Positions 1-8,587 of a stretch of DNA of 64,000 nucleotides are shown one piece after another. The DNA is from a virus (Duplodnaviria; Caudoviricetes). The stretch is taken from positions 1 to 64,000 of IMG/VR virus record IMGVR_UViG_3300010052_000153. One strand, written 5' to 3'. Under the pieces are notes generated by a model that saw nothing but the letters and a program-made list of their open reading frames with translations, was not told the origin of the DNA and did not search any database. The position numbers were made by a program, and so were the translations under genes. The first letter of the stretch is position 1. The number at the start of each line of letters is the position of its first letter.

Positions 1-240
1 ATGGCTATCAACTGGTTTCGCAAACGCTACTCGGTCTACCTAGGCGACGGTCTCACGCATGTGGTGTCGTCATTGGAGAAGGCCCGCGACGTGCTGCTTG
101 ATCCTAAATGGCCGAAACACAATGGCAGAACGCAAAAACGCGCCATCGAGGCCGTTCTCGAAGGCGCGCCAGGAATCGACCCGGAAGATGCATTTGAAGC
201 GGCGGCGGTTGACGCCGGCGTATTGGTCGATGAGCGTTAG
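1..240 (+). CDS. DUF982-like small protein
   Basis: Pattern V..G.G....V.S...A...L....WP...G.....A and AFEAAAVDAGVL, typical of rhizobial DUF982 proteins. Confidence 0.6.
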   Translation: MAINWFRKRYSVYLGDGLTHVVSSLEKARDVLLDPKWPKHNGRTQKRAIEAVLEGAPGIDPEDAFEAAAVDAGVLVDER

Positions 241-437
241 TCGACGCCGCGGCTACGTAGATCCATCGCAGCAAGCCTAAGCCCTGCCGCGCTAGCGGCA
301 TGATGCCTTGCCGCATCCGCCGCCTTCGTCCGAATATCAGGGCCGACGCGCGGTTGGTCTGATGCTATTTCCCGACAGCCTCTTGCCGCCTTATCGTGCC
401 AGCGGGCGGCTATTTCGTATGCATCTGCTTTGTTCAT
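237..437 (-). CDS. Hypothetical phage protein
   Basis: 66 aa ORF, 4-nt overlap with upstream gene. Confidence 0.55.
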   Translation of the reverse strand: MNKADAYEIAARWHDKAARGCREIASDQPRVGPDIRTKAADAARHHAASAAGLRLAAMDLRSRGVD

Positions 438-637
438 GACAAAGAGCCAACTGCCGCTAGGTAGGCGGATAAGGCCGCGCGCAATGCCTCGTTGAGATTG
501 AACCCGCCATCGATAGAATAGTCCTCCGTGTCGATGCCGCGGTCATCTTGCCAGCCGTGATACAATCCATCCTCGCCTTCAAGCGCTGCTATGAACGCCG
601 TTCGCGCAGCAAGAAGACCCTCAGCGTCGATTTTCAT
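434..637 (-). CDS. Hypothetical phage protein
   Basis: 67 aa ORF, GAGG RBS upstream, coupled to next gene. Confidence 0.6.
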   Translation of the reverse strand: MKIDAEGLLAARTAFIAALEGEDGLYHGWQDDRGIDTEDYSIDGGFNLNEALRAALSAYLAAVGSLS

Positions 638-647
638 GATTTTTACC

Positions 648-935
648 TCACGTCGGCATCTGGTCAGTCGCGCACTTCACGACAGGTTGCCTGATCGCGG
701 CCCTGTCTGCGATCGCCTGCCCAATTCGGTTCGTGACGTCCTCAACCGCGACAGCAAAGTGGCCGGGATCTTCCCCGTCGTGCCGGCTGTAGTCCACCGC
801 GAAATCACCGACCCGAAAATGATAGTCGGTTGCACTTCCGCGTAAATTTCGCCCCACACGGACAACGGCGTCGACACCAAACCTCATGACGAAGGATGTG
901 ATCGGGTCGTTGAAGATGATGGTCTCAGCCATCAC
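648..935 (-). CDS. Hypothetical phage protein
   Basis: 95 aa ORF, overlap-coupled to upstream gene. Confidence 0.6.
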   Translation of the reverse strand: MMAETIIFNDPITSFVMRFGVDAVVRVGRNLRGSATDYHFRVGDFAVDYSRHDGEDPGHFAVAVEDVTNRIGQAIADRAAIRQPVVKCATDQMPT

Positions 936-1180
936 AACATTTCCTTACGGACCGTCATTTGTCTTCTGACCTCGTCAGCAAGCGCGTCATAGTATGCCTG
1001 GTGTCGGAAGGATTTGATTTCGATGTGCTCAAGTGTCGGCTCTGGTGCGACTTCTCGGATGGGTACGCCATAGAGAGGGACATCAGCCCACATCACCAAA
1101 TCGCCTGACGACTTCGCAAAATCATGAAGCGAAGCGATCCCCCGATCAATCTTTTCCTTCCACTCAGCGACGCTGGTCAT
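932..1180 (-). CDS. Hypothetical phage protein
   Basis: Start moved to ATG 1180, which forms an ATGA overlap with the upstream stop. Confidence 0.6.
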   Translation of the reverse strand: MTSVAEWKEKIDRGIASLHDFAKSSGDLVMWADVPLYGVPIREVAPEPTLEHIEIKSFRHQAYYDALADEVRRQMTVRKEML

Positions 1181-1398
1181 GTCGCTACCAACCCAAACGC
1201 CTCGCACCACTTAGACCAGGCTCGTGCCAGCGCGTCTTTCGCTGCATCTTCCCTTCTGCACCAACCATAACCCTTTGTGATGTGCGCACCGCGGACGGCG
1301 CCGAGGTGCCAATGCCATCGGTCTGGCGCAATCTCTGAGATGTGCCCAACGACCTGGCCGTTCTGGCGGGCTGCACCCGCATCCCAATACAGCGTCAT
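1177..1398 (-). CDS. Hypothetical Trp-rich phage protein
   Basis: ATG 1398 overlaps the kinase stop (ATGA). Confidence 0.6.
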   Translation of the reverse strand: MTLYWDAGAARQNGQVVGHISEIAPDRWHWHLGAVRGAHITKGYGWCRREDAAKDALARAWSKWCEAFGLVAT

Positions 1399-2039
1399 TT
1401 CGTCCACCTAGTCAGCGCGTTTTCGACCCCCGCGAAAAGGGTAACCAAGTCGCCATCGTTCTCCAAGACGACATCGGCAACAAACTCCTGCCGCTCGCTG
1501 GCATGATCGCCGGCGATTCCACCGCGGCCAACAATGCGGAAGATTTCGCCACCCATCTTACGGACGACCGCAGCCTCGTTGGGGAAGCGGCAATCGTCGA
1601 CGACCACCCTACCCCGATTTTCAAGGACGTCATTGGCGGCCCGCTGCCAGAGGCCAATCCAGAAGTCCGCACCGATGCAGTTCCGCCCCCATTCGGTGCC
1701 CAGCGTTTGCATCGCATGACGGGGCGTCTTGCCACATAGAAGGGCGTGTGGCGCTTCCTTTGCGACGCCGTCGATGTCATGGGGGCTGAAGCCCAGCGCC
1801 GCCATAGCGGCCTTGAGCGGGCCAGCAAAGCGCAAGCGCGTGTAACCGTGCATATCAACCAGGTATTGCGCCGCCGTGCTTTTGCCACTTCCTGCGACAC
1901 CCGCAAGGGCGACAACCTTCGGCAGATTATCATTGGCCGGTGGCGGTGGGCTTACGGTCGCGCCGAGAACCCTGTCGCAGAAACTGTCGCCGATGGGCTG
2001 GTTACCCCAAGGGGTGTATAGTTGAGCTGCTGATGCCAC
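1395..2039 (-). CDS. Deoxynucleoside monophosphate kinase
   Basis: Walker A GVAGSGKST; FAGPLK, TPRHAMQTLGTEWGR and DDCRFPNE motifs of T4 gp1-like dNMP kinases. Confidence 0.85.
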   Translation of the reverse strand: MASAAQLYTPWGNQPIGDSFCDRVLGATVSPPPPANDNLPKVVALAGVAGSGKSTAAQYLVDMHGYTRLRFAGPLKAAMAALGFSPHDIDGVAKEAPHALLCGKTPRHAMQTLGTEWGRNCIGADFWIGLWQRAANDVLENRGRVVVDDCRFPNEAAVVRKMGGEIFRIVGRGGIAGDHASERQEFVADVVLENDGDLVTLFAGVENALTRWTK

Positions 2040-2042
2040 GCG

Positions 2043-2285
2043 TCAGTGACTCCATTTTACATTGAGGGATTTCATATCTTCAAGCGATACCCCGACATTG
2101 GCTGCCACAAGGGCGCACTGCGCCCATCCCAGCCACCTGCCAAGCTTCGCTTCCGAGAACGTTGGCGTCACGCGCGACAACATCGAGCGCAGATGCGCCA
2201 ACCCGAGTTCGTTGCCGGGAAGTTCCGGCATGCCCGCGACCTGTGCGATGTGAACGGTTTCGCGGAAGGCTTCGTGCTGGTTCAA
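2043..2285 (-). CDS. Hypothetical phage protein
   Basis: 80 aa ORF in operon; KLGRWLGWAQ motif. Confidence 0.6.
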   Translation of the reverse strand: MNQHEAFRETVHIAQVAGMPELPGNELGLAHLRSMLSRVTPTFSEAKLGRWLGWAQCALVAANVGVSLEDMKSLNVKWSH

Positions 2286-2287
2286 AG

Positions 2288-2668
2288 CTAGACGTCCTCC
2301 TTCACCCTGCGGCGTGGTGCACCTTCACGCACAGGCGTGGTGCGTCTCGGTCCCTCTGGTGCGTTGATCTTGAAATCCGGGTCAGCAGCTATTCGCCGGA
2401 AGATTGCTAGCGGATCTTTCACCAGCGGCCGGAAGCGCGATGCGCGGAACGGCATGTCCGCCGCACCGTACCCTTCAGGTCCATCATCGTTGCCGCGGTC
2501 GACTTCGATCAGCTTCACGCCGAGGAATTCCCCGTCAACATAGTGGGTGTACATGCCCACCCACCGAAGGGTATAGATTGCCCCCTCCCGAATGCCTTGA
2601 TCGATGCTGACGTTATTGAACTTGTCATCGATGCAGACGACCTGCTGTCCGACGTAGAAGTGATTCAT
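2288..2668 (-). CDS. Hypothetical protein (SH3-like N-terminus)
   Basis: FYVGQQVVCI...GAIYT pattern; coupled ORF. Confidence 0.65.
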   Translation of the reverse strand: MNHFYVGQQVVCIDDKFNNVSIDQGIREGAIYTLRWVGMYTHYVDGEFLGVKLIEVDRGNDDGPEGYGAADMPFRASRFRPLVKDPLAIFRRIAADPDFKINAPEGPRRTTPVREGAPRRRVKEDV

Positions 2669-2853
2669 CGGGTTACCTCTGACCTGGAAGTCATGTCGAC
2701 ACTGCGGAGCAGTTCAACTGCACGATAGGCCGGCGAGCAGACGCAAGGCGTGAAAGCGCAGCTACCAGCGCACGACAAAAAGCCCTCGCGACCACCGGCA
2801 TTCAAGGCCGCGTACAGCGCGTCGGCCGCCTTCGAGTACTCGCTGATCATCAT
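2665..2853 (-). CDS. Hypothetical Cys-rich small protein
   Basis: 62 aa, overlaps both neighbours by 4 nt. Confidence 0.5.
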   Translation of the reverse strand: MMISEYSKAADALYAALNAGGREGFLSCAGSCAFTPCVCSPAYRAVELLRSVDMTSRSEVTR

Positions 2854-3740
2854 GCCGCAAGCCTCGTGATCGCCATTTCGCGATCCAGTTTCCGATACAG
2901 GTCAAGGAAGTAGATTTCAGCGCGCTTCGGCTCCCATCGGTGTATCGTCAAACCGATCGGGTTGTTATAGCCAGCGGCCCACTCAGCGACGCAAGGCGCC
3001 ATGTTGGCGCGCTCATCTGCGATGATGCGGCCGTCCAGTTCATGGACACATGGCGGCATTTCAGTTGGTAGTCCGAACCGCTCGCAGACCACCTTCATTA
3101 CGCGCGCTTCGGCGGGCTGGTAGCCTTCCAGAAATGGCTTCACTGGTCGCGGGACATCAACCAGGTAGGCTTCGCTGGCATCGTGCATCAACGCCCATAG
3201 GCAAATCCAAGGCTCGGCACCCTGTTGGCGCAAGTAGCTTGCCAGAAGCCATGAGTGCTCAGCGACGCTATAGAAATCGATGCAGTGACCGGCGTATCGG
3301 CATTGCATCGACAGTGCGTGTGCTATGTCTTCGATCAAGACTTCCGACGCGCGAGGGTCCATCGGCCAGAATTGGCGACCGGTGAAAGTCTGCATCCAAT
3401 CGCCACGACGAGGTTCAGGGAAAACCTTTCCGACGGCCGACGGCAGACCGTAGGTGTCAACCGGGACGATGCCAGCTTCAGCGAAGCCGTCGCGCGCTTC
3501 CGTGTTGCGAAACATCCGGGGCGCATTGTCGTTGGTTGGCGTGCCGGGTGCCACGCTCCACAGCATCTCTCGGCCATCATCAAGGATCACAGTCTGGCAA
3601 CCATCCATGTCGCGTTTCGTCGCAATCACGCGAGCTTTCGGCAGATCAACTAACGGCCCGAAAGTGGTTTCGGCCCAGGTCTCCCGCGGTACGTACCGCT
3701 TCTCGACGGAACACCAGTCAAAGGATTCAGAGTTCGACAT
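2850..3740 (-). CDS. HD-domain phosphohydrolase (YfbR-like 5'-deoxynucleotidase) with N-terminal extension
   Basis: DIAHALSMQCRYAGH, YSVAEHS, LMHDASEAYLVDVPRPVK motifs; start set at ATG 3740 behind GAGG. Confidence 0.8.
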   Translation of the reverse strand: MSNSESFDWCSVEKRYVPRETWAETTFGPLVDLPKARVIATKRDMDGCQTVILDDGREMLWSVAPGTPTNDNAPRMFRNTEARDGFAEAGIVPVDTYGLPSAVGKVFPEPRRGDWMQTFTGRQFWPMDPRASEVLIEDIAHALSMQCRYAGHCIDFYSVAEHSWLLASYLRQQGAEPWICLWALMHDASEAYLVDVPRPVKPFLEGYQPAEARVMKVVCERFGLPTEMPPCVHELDGRIIADERANMAPCVAEWAAGYNNPIGLTIHRWEPKRAEIYFLDLYRKLDREMAITRLAA

Positions 3741-4332
3741 CTGCGGCCTCCAATTCATTGAGGCATCTGAACATCGTGCGACCCGATTTGAATTGCAGCG
3801 ACGTATGCCAATGTCCGAAAAACCATTGTCTAGGCTGATGCAGATGGAACATCCGCTCCAGGGCCTGGCGCGTTCGACTGCCATATTCTTCAAATTTTCG
3901 CCGCCCAAGGTGGCATAGCATCAAGTCGGCGATGCTTTCCGGGTAATCGTGCGTGATGACGATTTCCGGTTTGATGGCGGCGTACTCGTCAATCATACGC
4001 TCAAGATCGGCGTAGCTACACTCTTCGTCCGCCCACCAATCGAAACCTTCTGTCCGGCAGACGCGATCGATGCTTACCGCGCCGCCTAGACAATACATGC
4101 CATCAACGGTCGTCCCGTCCGCTACCCAACGCGGATGCGATCGGCACGCGCCAGGACTATCGTGATTGCCGCGGATGAACAGGTGGCGTCCATCGGCATC
4201 CGGCAAAGGCGGAGTTCTAGGGAAGCCGATCCCCATATCCCCAACCTGAAGACTGAAGCTCACCTCGCGTATCAGATCGCGGTACCTTAGAAAGCGACCG
4301 TGAACATCGCCTATAATGCGGACGCTTGTCAT
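3727..4332 (-). CDS. Calcineurin-like metallophosphoesterase
   Basis: GDVHG, GD, IRGNHD, THD and FGHWH motifs. Confidence 0.85.
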   Translation of the reverse strand: MTSVRIIGDVHGRFLRYRDLIREVSFSLQVGDMGIGFPRTPPLPDADGRHLFIRGNHDSPGACRSHPRWVADGTTVDGMYCLGGAVSIDRVCRTEGFDWWADEECSYADLERMIDEYAAIKPEIVITHDYPESIADLMLCHLGRRKFEEYGSRTRQALERMFHLHQPRQWFFGHWHTSLQFKSGRTMFRCLNELEAADVEL

Positions 4333-4556
4333 TCCGCAAACGCCTTGCCTACCCGCACCAAATGGTGCCCCAAATCGGCACTCGCCAAATGCTTAGGGAA
4401 GCTGGATGGCGCGTCGTCGACCTTCTTAGCCAAGTCTTCAACGACTCGCTTGAATGCGGTCATCTGCTCCAGAAAGGCGTCGGTCACTGCCTTCAGTTCA
4501 GCACTGAAGGTTTCAAGTGTGAGCGGCTCGGTTGGTTTGTTGCCCGAGTTGAACAA
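4329..4556 (-). CDS. Hypothetical coiled-coil protein
   Basis: 75 aa ORF, GGAG RBS, coupled to downstream gene. Confidence 0.55.
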   Translation of the reverse strand: MFNSGNKPTEPLTLETFSAELKAVTDAFLEQMTAFKRVVEDLAKKVDDAPSSFPKHLASADLGHHLVRVGKAFAE

Positions 4557-5058
4557 TGTAATCTCCGGGGTCTATTGGATAATTGTCGTTAGCGGCCTGC
4601 ACATTTGGTAACCGCTCAAGGATGATGAGCTTGCGCCGTTTTGTGACTCCGCATTTCCGCCATCCAGCCTTTTGGAAACAAAAGCCAGGATTGCTGCTCT
4701 TCACTTTTTCAGCAGAGACGTAAGTGTAATGCCGTTCGCCAGGCCACTTCTGATCAGCTAGAGAATCTGCCTCTCGTATTAGTTCGCTAGATTTACGAGG
4801 TCCCTCGTTTCGAAATACTGCGCAGTTGACGCCTTTCTGGCCATCGGCGCTTATGAAGCGACGCCAAACAAAAAGGGCGCGCGCGTCAGCCGTGAGCATC
4901 ACCATTTTTTCGCCTGGCCCGACGAACAATTTTGGTTGGCGCCCGTCTTTGTAGAAGTAGCGGCTGTAGTGGCGATCGAAGATGGAGCGCGCCGTGTCGT
5001 TGCCATCCTTGACCTCGATCCACCCGTCACCGAAAAGAAACGGCTGCTCCCACATCAA
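4513..5058 (-). CDS. Putative GNAT-fold (Mom-like) protein
   Basis: RHYS, GPGEK, CAVFRNEG and YTYV...S.NPGFCFQKAGW motifs recall phage Mom-like acyltransferases; assignment from memory. Confidence 0.45.
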   Translation of the reverse strand: MMWEQPFLFGDGWIEVKDGNDTARSIFDRHYSRYFYKDGRQPKLFVGPGEKMVMLTADARALFVWRRFISADGQKGVNCAVFRNEGPRKSSELIREADSLADQKWPGERHYTYVSAEKVKSSNPGFCFQKAGWRKCGVTKRRKLIILERLPNVQAANDNYPIDPGDYIVQLGQQTNRAAHT

Positions 5059-5291
5059 AAATCAAAGTGTGGGGTACCTGGCTTCGATTTCCATCGAAGG
5101 TGGATCCATCCTGCTGGCACGTAATGACTGACGCCCTGCGCGTCGAACAAACGATGCCCCCCGGAGTCACTGACATGTAGTTTTAGAGGATTCTGAATGG
5201 TGACCTCTACATTTGACTGGAAGACGTAGGAGCGCTGCTGTTCCGCACTGACATCCTTGAATACAAGATCAGATTTGTTGATAAATTCCAT
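5055..5291 (-). CDS. Hypothetical phage protein
   Basis: 78 aa, AGGAGG RBS, locally lower GC. Confidence 0.7.
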   Translation of the reverse strand: MEFINKSDLVFKDVSAEQQRSYVFQSNVEVTIQNPLKLHVSDSGGHRLFDAQGVSHYVPAGWIHLRWKSKPGTPHFDF

Positions 5292-5306
5292 CTACATACC
5301 TCCTTC

Positions 5307-6575
5307 TCAGGCCGCTGCTTTGTTAGCGCTTGGGGTGTTATCGTTGGCAGCCGTGCGGCCTGCCACCATGCCAGGTGTCAAGGTCAGACGCGCCACCTCG
5401 CCAAAATCTGCGTGATAAGTGATCACTTTCGCCGATCGACCCGACAACCACCCGCCGTTCGCGGCGTAGGCGTCTGCCGCCGCAAGCGTTTCGTGACGCT
5501 CAACCTTCATCAGGTTCGTTGTCAGCAGAGCATCCGAATGCAGGTGTCCGAGGTGGGCATAGCTGTACTTGGTTCGGCCGTAGACCTCGCGGAACTTGCC
5601 GGCGAAGACGCTGTCCACGTTGTCAAGCTTCCGCTTATGGCCGTGGTGATAGAACAGAGAGACGTCGCCGTGCTCGAACATGTAGTAGGTGCCGGCGCCA
5701 GCATCGACCGTAACGCGTGGCTCGTCGTCGTAGAACGCCGCGAACATTTCGCGCAGCCACGCTTCGCTCGCCGGGTCGTGGTTCGCGTCGGCCATGATGA
5801 CGTGCACACGATCGTGCTTTTCAAGCAGCATCTGGATGATGCGCCGCAACGACCGGATGACCACCCGAATGACCTTCGGAAGACGGCTGTCAGCATCCAA
5901 GATGTGGCCGCTCGTCGGCGTCTTCGATTCAAAGCCGTCGTGGTGCAGCAGGTCGCCGATCTGCGCCAGAATGGCGGTCGACGCATTAGGCGATGCCGCC
6001 ACAGCCGCTCCGAACCAATCGAGTAGTAGCCGCTCTGCGATGTTAAGGTCGTAGTCGGCGCCTGTTTCCTCGCGCCACGACAGCATACCGAAGTGCAGGT
6101 CCGTGACGGTAAACTGGTTGACGAGGTCAGGGCGATTGAAGTTCCGGGGCACGTCCACAGGATGTGCGCGCGGCAGGTCTTCTTTAAACGCCTCGATAGC
6201 AGCGCGCATGGCCGCATGTTGGGCGGCTCTATCAGGCTCCACCCGCAGCCAATCCTGAATGACGCGACCTTCCGCATCACGATTGACCGTAATTTTGCCG
6301 GTGACGTGCGTCGGCGGAATCTCGTAGATTTCTCCGGGTGCCTTCACCTGCCTGACATAAGTGTCGCCGATCTTCTCTGACAGGCTTGAAATGACGTAGC
6401 CGGGCAGCGTCGCCGCCGGACCCATCATTCCGCGCTCCGCGGCGCGTGCCAACCTGTCGTGGAAGGTGGACCGAGCACATCCTGCGGCTGCCGCAGCAAG
6501 CCGCTCAGTGCCGTGCTCTTCGTAAAGGCGCACGGCCTCCATCAACGTCTCGTCTGAGAGTTTAGTCAAATGCAA
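5307..6575 (-). CDS. N-terminal HTH fused to metallophosphoesterase domain
   Basis: HTH (TERLAAAAAGCARSTFHDRL) plus TDLH, GDLLHHD, ANHD, HHGH and GHLH motifs; ends AANDNTPSANKAAA. Confidence 0.75.
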   Translation of the reverse strand: MHLTKLSDETLMEAVRLYEEHGTERLAAAAAGCARSTFHDRLARAAERGMMGPAATLPGYVISSLSEKIGDTYVRQVKAPGEIYEIPPTHVTGKITVNRDAEGRVIQDWLRVEPDRAAQHAAMRAAIEAFKEDLPRAHPVDVPRNFNRPDLVNQFTVTDLHFGMLSWREETGADYDLNIAERLLLDWFGAAVAASPNASTAILAQIGDLLHHDGFESKTPTSGHILDADSRLPKVIRVVIRSLRRIIQMLLEKHDRVHVIMADANHDPASEAWLREMFAAFYDDEPRVTVDAGAGTYYMFEHGDVSLFYHHGHKRKLDNVDSVFAGKFREVYGRTKYSYAHLGHLHSDALLTTNLMKVERHETLAAADAYAANGGWLSGRSAKVITYHADFGEVARLTLTPGMVAGRTAANDNTPSANKAAA

Positions 6576-6596
6576 GTTTCCAAATGTATAGGGAAG

Positions 6597-6857
6597 TTAG
6601 GGCGTTGACAGACCTGCCGACGACATCAGGCGACGATAGCGGCCGGTGCTCTTTATGCGGGCTCGAATTGCGTCAACGATCTCGCCGTGACGCATTAGTG
6701 TCGTGTCGAACACGACCCTCGCCTGTCCCACTTGGTTTACGTCGAACTCTGCGACGATGCTGTCTAGGATTTCAAACGGAATTATCAGGCAGCCGTTATG
6801 GACGCCCAGCACAGGCTGCTCAGGCGTAGCCAACTCCGATGACATGTCATTCATCAA
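6597..6857 (-). CDS. Hypothetical phage protein
   Basis: 86 aa ORF, GGAGG RBS. Confidence 0.6.
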   Translation of the reverse strand: MMNDMSSELATPEQPVLGVHNGCLIIPFEILDSIVAEFDVNQVGQARVVFDTTLMRHGEIVDAIRARIKSTGRYRRLMSSAGLSTP

Positions 6858-7546
6858 GCCGCCTCCCGTTCCCTCTTGGGCTCGTTGTCGTTCTCAGCCA
6901 ACACCTTGTAGGTGTGACTTGCGGCAGTCAGGAAGACGATCACGCCTTCGGGTTTTGCGAATCCCGGCGCAGCGACGGACCCTTCCGTCACGAGCTTGGT
7001 CATTGTCTCGTCGACCGCCGTTGTTGAGAAGTCACCGGCATACAACACCGGAACCACGCCGCAGCAGGCAGGCCGGTCATTCGACCAGCGACCAGCGTTG
7101 AATAGTGAGAAGCGGCGCTCTTTCAGGTCGTATCCACGCTGAATGCCGAGACCCCACCACTCGCCAAAATGGCGACCAACGCCGAGCTCACGCAATTCGT
7201 CGGTGTGCTTCTGCACCCACGCCGCGAAGCCAAAATTGTCGTTATCCGGAGTGATCCACCGATTGCGACTACCCGCGCGTACGCTGCCGTCTTCGCCAAC
7301 GACAATCTGCGCATTCGTGCCGTCAATCTTTTCGGTGATGATGCAGCCGCGCTTAAGGCGCGGGATTTTCGGGAACGGAACGTATTTTTCTGCGCGACTA
7401 TCGACAAACGACTTCCAATCATCCCAACCGCGGTCGAGAGTGGACCAATCGCCAGCGCGCCAAGCCTTTAGAAAAGGCTGCGTCTCGTGCAGATCCAAGG
7501 TGACCGCGAAGTCGATCGCCAAATTGAAATCCTCGTAGCGGTGCAT
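6854..7546 (-). CDS. ATP-dependent RNA ligase family protein
   Basis: Nucleotidyltransferase motif I TEKIDGTN, plus SRNR, FGEWWG, FSLFN and EGVIV; start ATG 7546 behind GGAGG. Confidence 0.8.
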   Translation of the reverse strand: MHRYEDFNLAIDFAVTLDLHETQPFLKAWRAGDWSTLDRGWDDWKSFVDSRAEKYVPFPKIPRLKRGCIITEKIDGTNAQIVVGEDGSVRAGSRNRWITPDNDNFGFAAWVQKHTDELRELGVGRHFGEWWGLGIQRGYDLKERRFSLFNAGRWSNDRPACCGVVPVLYAGDFSTTAVDETMTKLVTEGSVAAPGFAKPEGVIVFLTAASHTYKVLAENDNEPKREREAA

Positions 7547-7547
7547 C

Positions 7548-8000
7548 TCACCCTCCGACAGAAAATTCAGGTTGTTCGGCTTGCTTGGTTTCAGTGTCCG
7601 CGACCGGCGGCTCGCCGTCGAACTCGACGCCACCCGGCACGAGCTCGTCAGCATCGCCAGGCACGCGCGCGGTGACAGTCCCTTCCCCATCTAACGCCGC
7701 CTGCAGGTCGTTTGCGCTAGCTACTGAATAGGGCAGGACATAGTAGACGGCCGGCTGATTGGGCGACGCCAGCAACGCGTAGATTGCAACGTCGGGGACG
7801 ATCTGCGCGCCCACTACGGTGTAATGGCCGGCAGGGGGTGACGTGAAACGGGGCTGCCCCAACGGCACGTACAAGGCGAGCGCTGCGGCAGCGATCGCAG
7901 GCGTCAGCGTCAGAGCCGCCAGCCGGCTTGATGCAAGCCAAGCGAATGCACACAGCAGTAGCGCCAACGCCAACCATGTCGTTGCAATGACCATTGTCAT
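7548..8000 (-). CDS. Membrane protein, third gene of MotA/ExbB-like triad
   Basis: Two N-terminal hydrophobic helices followed by a soluble domain; coupled to upstream gene. Confidence 0.7.
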   Translation of the reverse strand: MTMVIATTWLALALLLCAFAWLASSRLAALTLTPAIAAAALALYVPLGQPRFTSPPAGHYTVVGAQIVPDVAIYALLASPNQPAVYYVLPYSVASANDLQAALDGEGTVTARVPGDADELVPGGVEFDGEPPVADTETKQAEQPEFSVGG

Positions 8001-8587
8001 TTGCCCTTGCTCCGCAGTTTTTTGAAGACCTGGTGCGCGGATCCGGGAACGACCTGTCCGTTGTTATCAAGCGTGAATCTGACGACAGTCCGCTCTTGGT
8101 CCTGACGCAGGTCCAGCTTCGTCGCCACCAGCAACTTCATCGCATCAGCCGAAGCCCCGTAAGACACTTCGACGAAGACAGACACGGCTCCAAGCGGGAG
8201 TGAGTAACCATGGACGTTGATGATGTACTCGCCTGCCGGCGTCGAACGGGCGAACGCGTTCTCCATGTTGACCGGCGACAGCTCTCCGTCGATTCCGCGA
8301 TCGTCTCGCAACAGGCTAAAGAGCTTCCCGCTTCGATTGCTGTAGCCTGTCGCCTTGTCCTGACCTGGACCAGTCACCCACAAGTCAACATCGCCTGGTC
8401 CTTCCGGCCAAGCTATCGCAACCGCGACTGAACCTGGCGGGCTGACCGTTACCGTATTCTGGTCAGTACGCGGGTTGATGCTGGACAAGGCCAACAACGC
8501 GTACGCGGAAAGAGCGAACACCGTCACCAGAAGGATGTCGACGTATGCCCAAAGCCAATCGTCCGCTGACTTTCCCATCCGACGCAT
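7997..8587 (-). CDS. MotB/ExbD-like single-pass protein with YfaP/DUF2135-like periplasmic domain
   Basis: TM segment WLWAYVDILLVTVF with intramembrane Asp; DVDLWV.GP, LLRDDRG and N.EN...GEYIINVH motifs. Confidence 0.65.
   Translation of the reverse strand: MRRMGKSADDWLWAYVDILLVTVFALSAYALLALSSINPRTDQNTVTVSPPGSVAVAIAWPEGPGDVDLWVTGPGQDKATGYSNRSGKLFSLLRDDRGIDGELSPVNMENAFARSTPAGEYIINVHGYSLPLGAVSVFVEVSYGASADAMKLLVATKLDLRQDQERTVVRFTLDNNGQVVPGSAHQVFKKLRSKGK

Noticed and set aside
1395-3740. 2-aminoadenine (dZ) pathway (DatZ-like HD enzyme)
   Set aside because: No PurZ, MazZ or dedicated polymerase visible; HD plus kinase alone is insufficient
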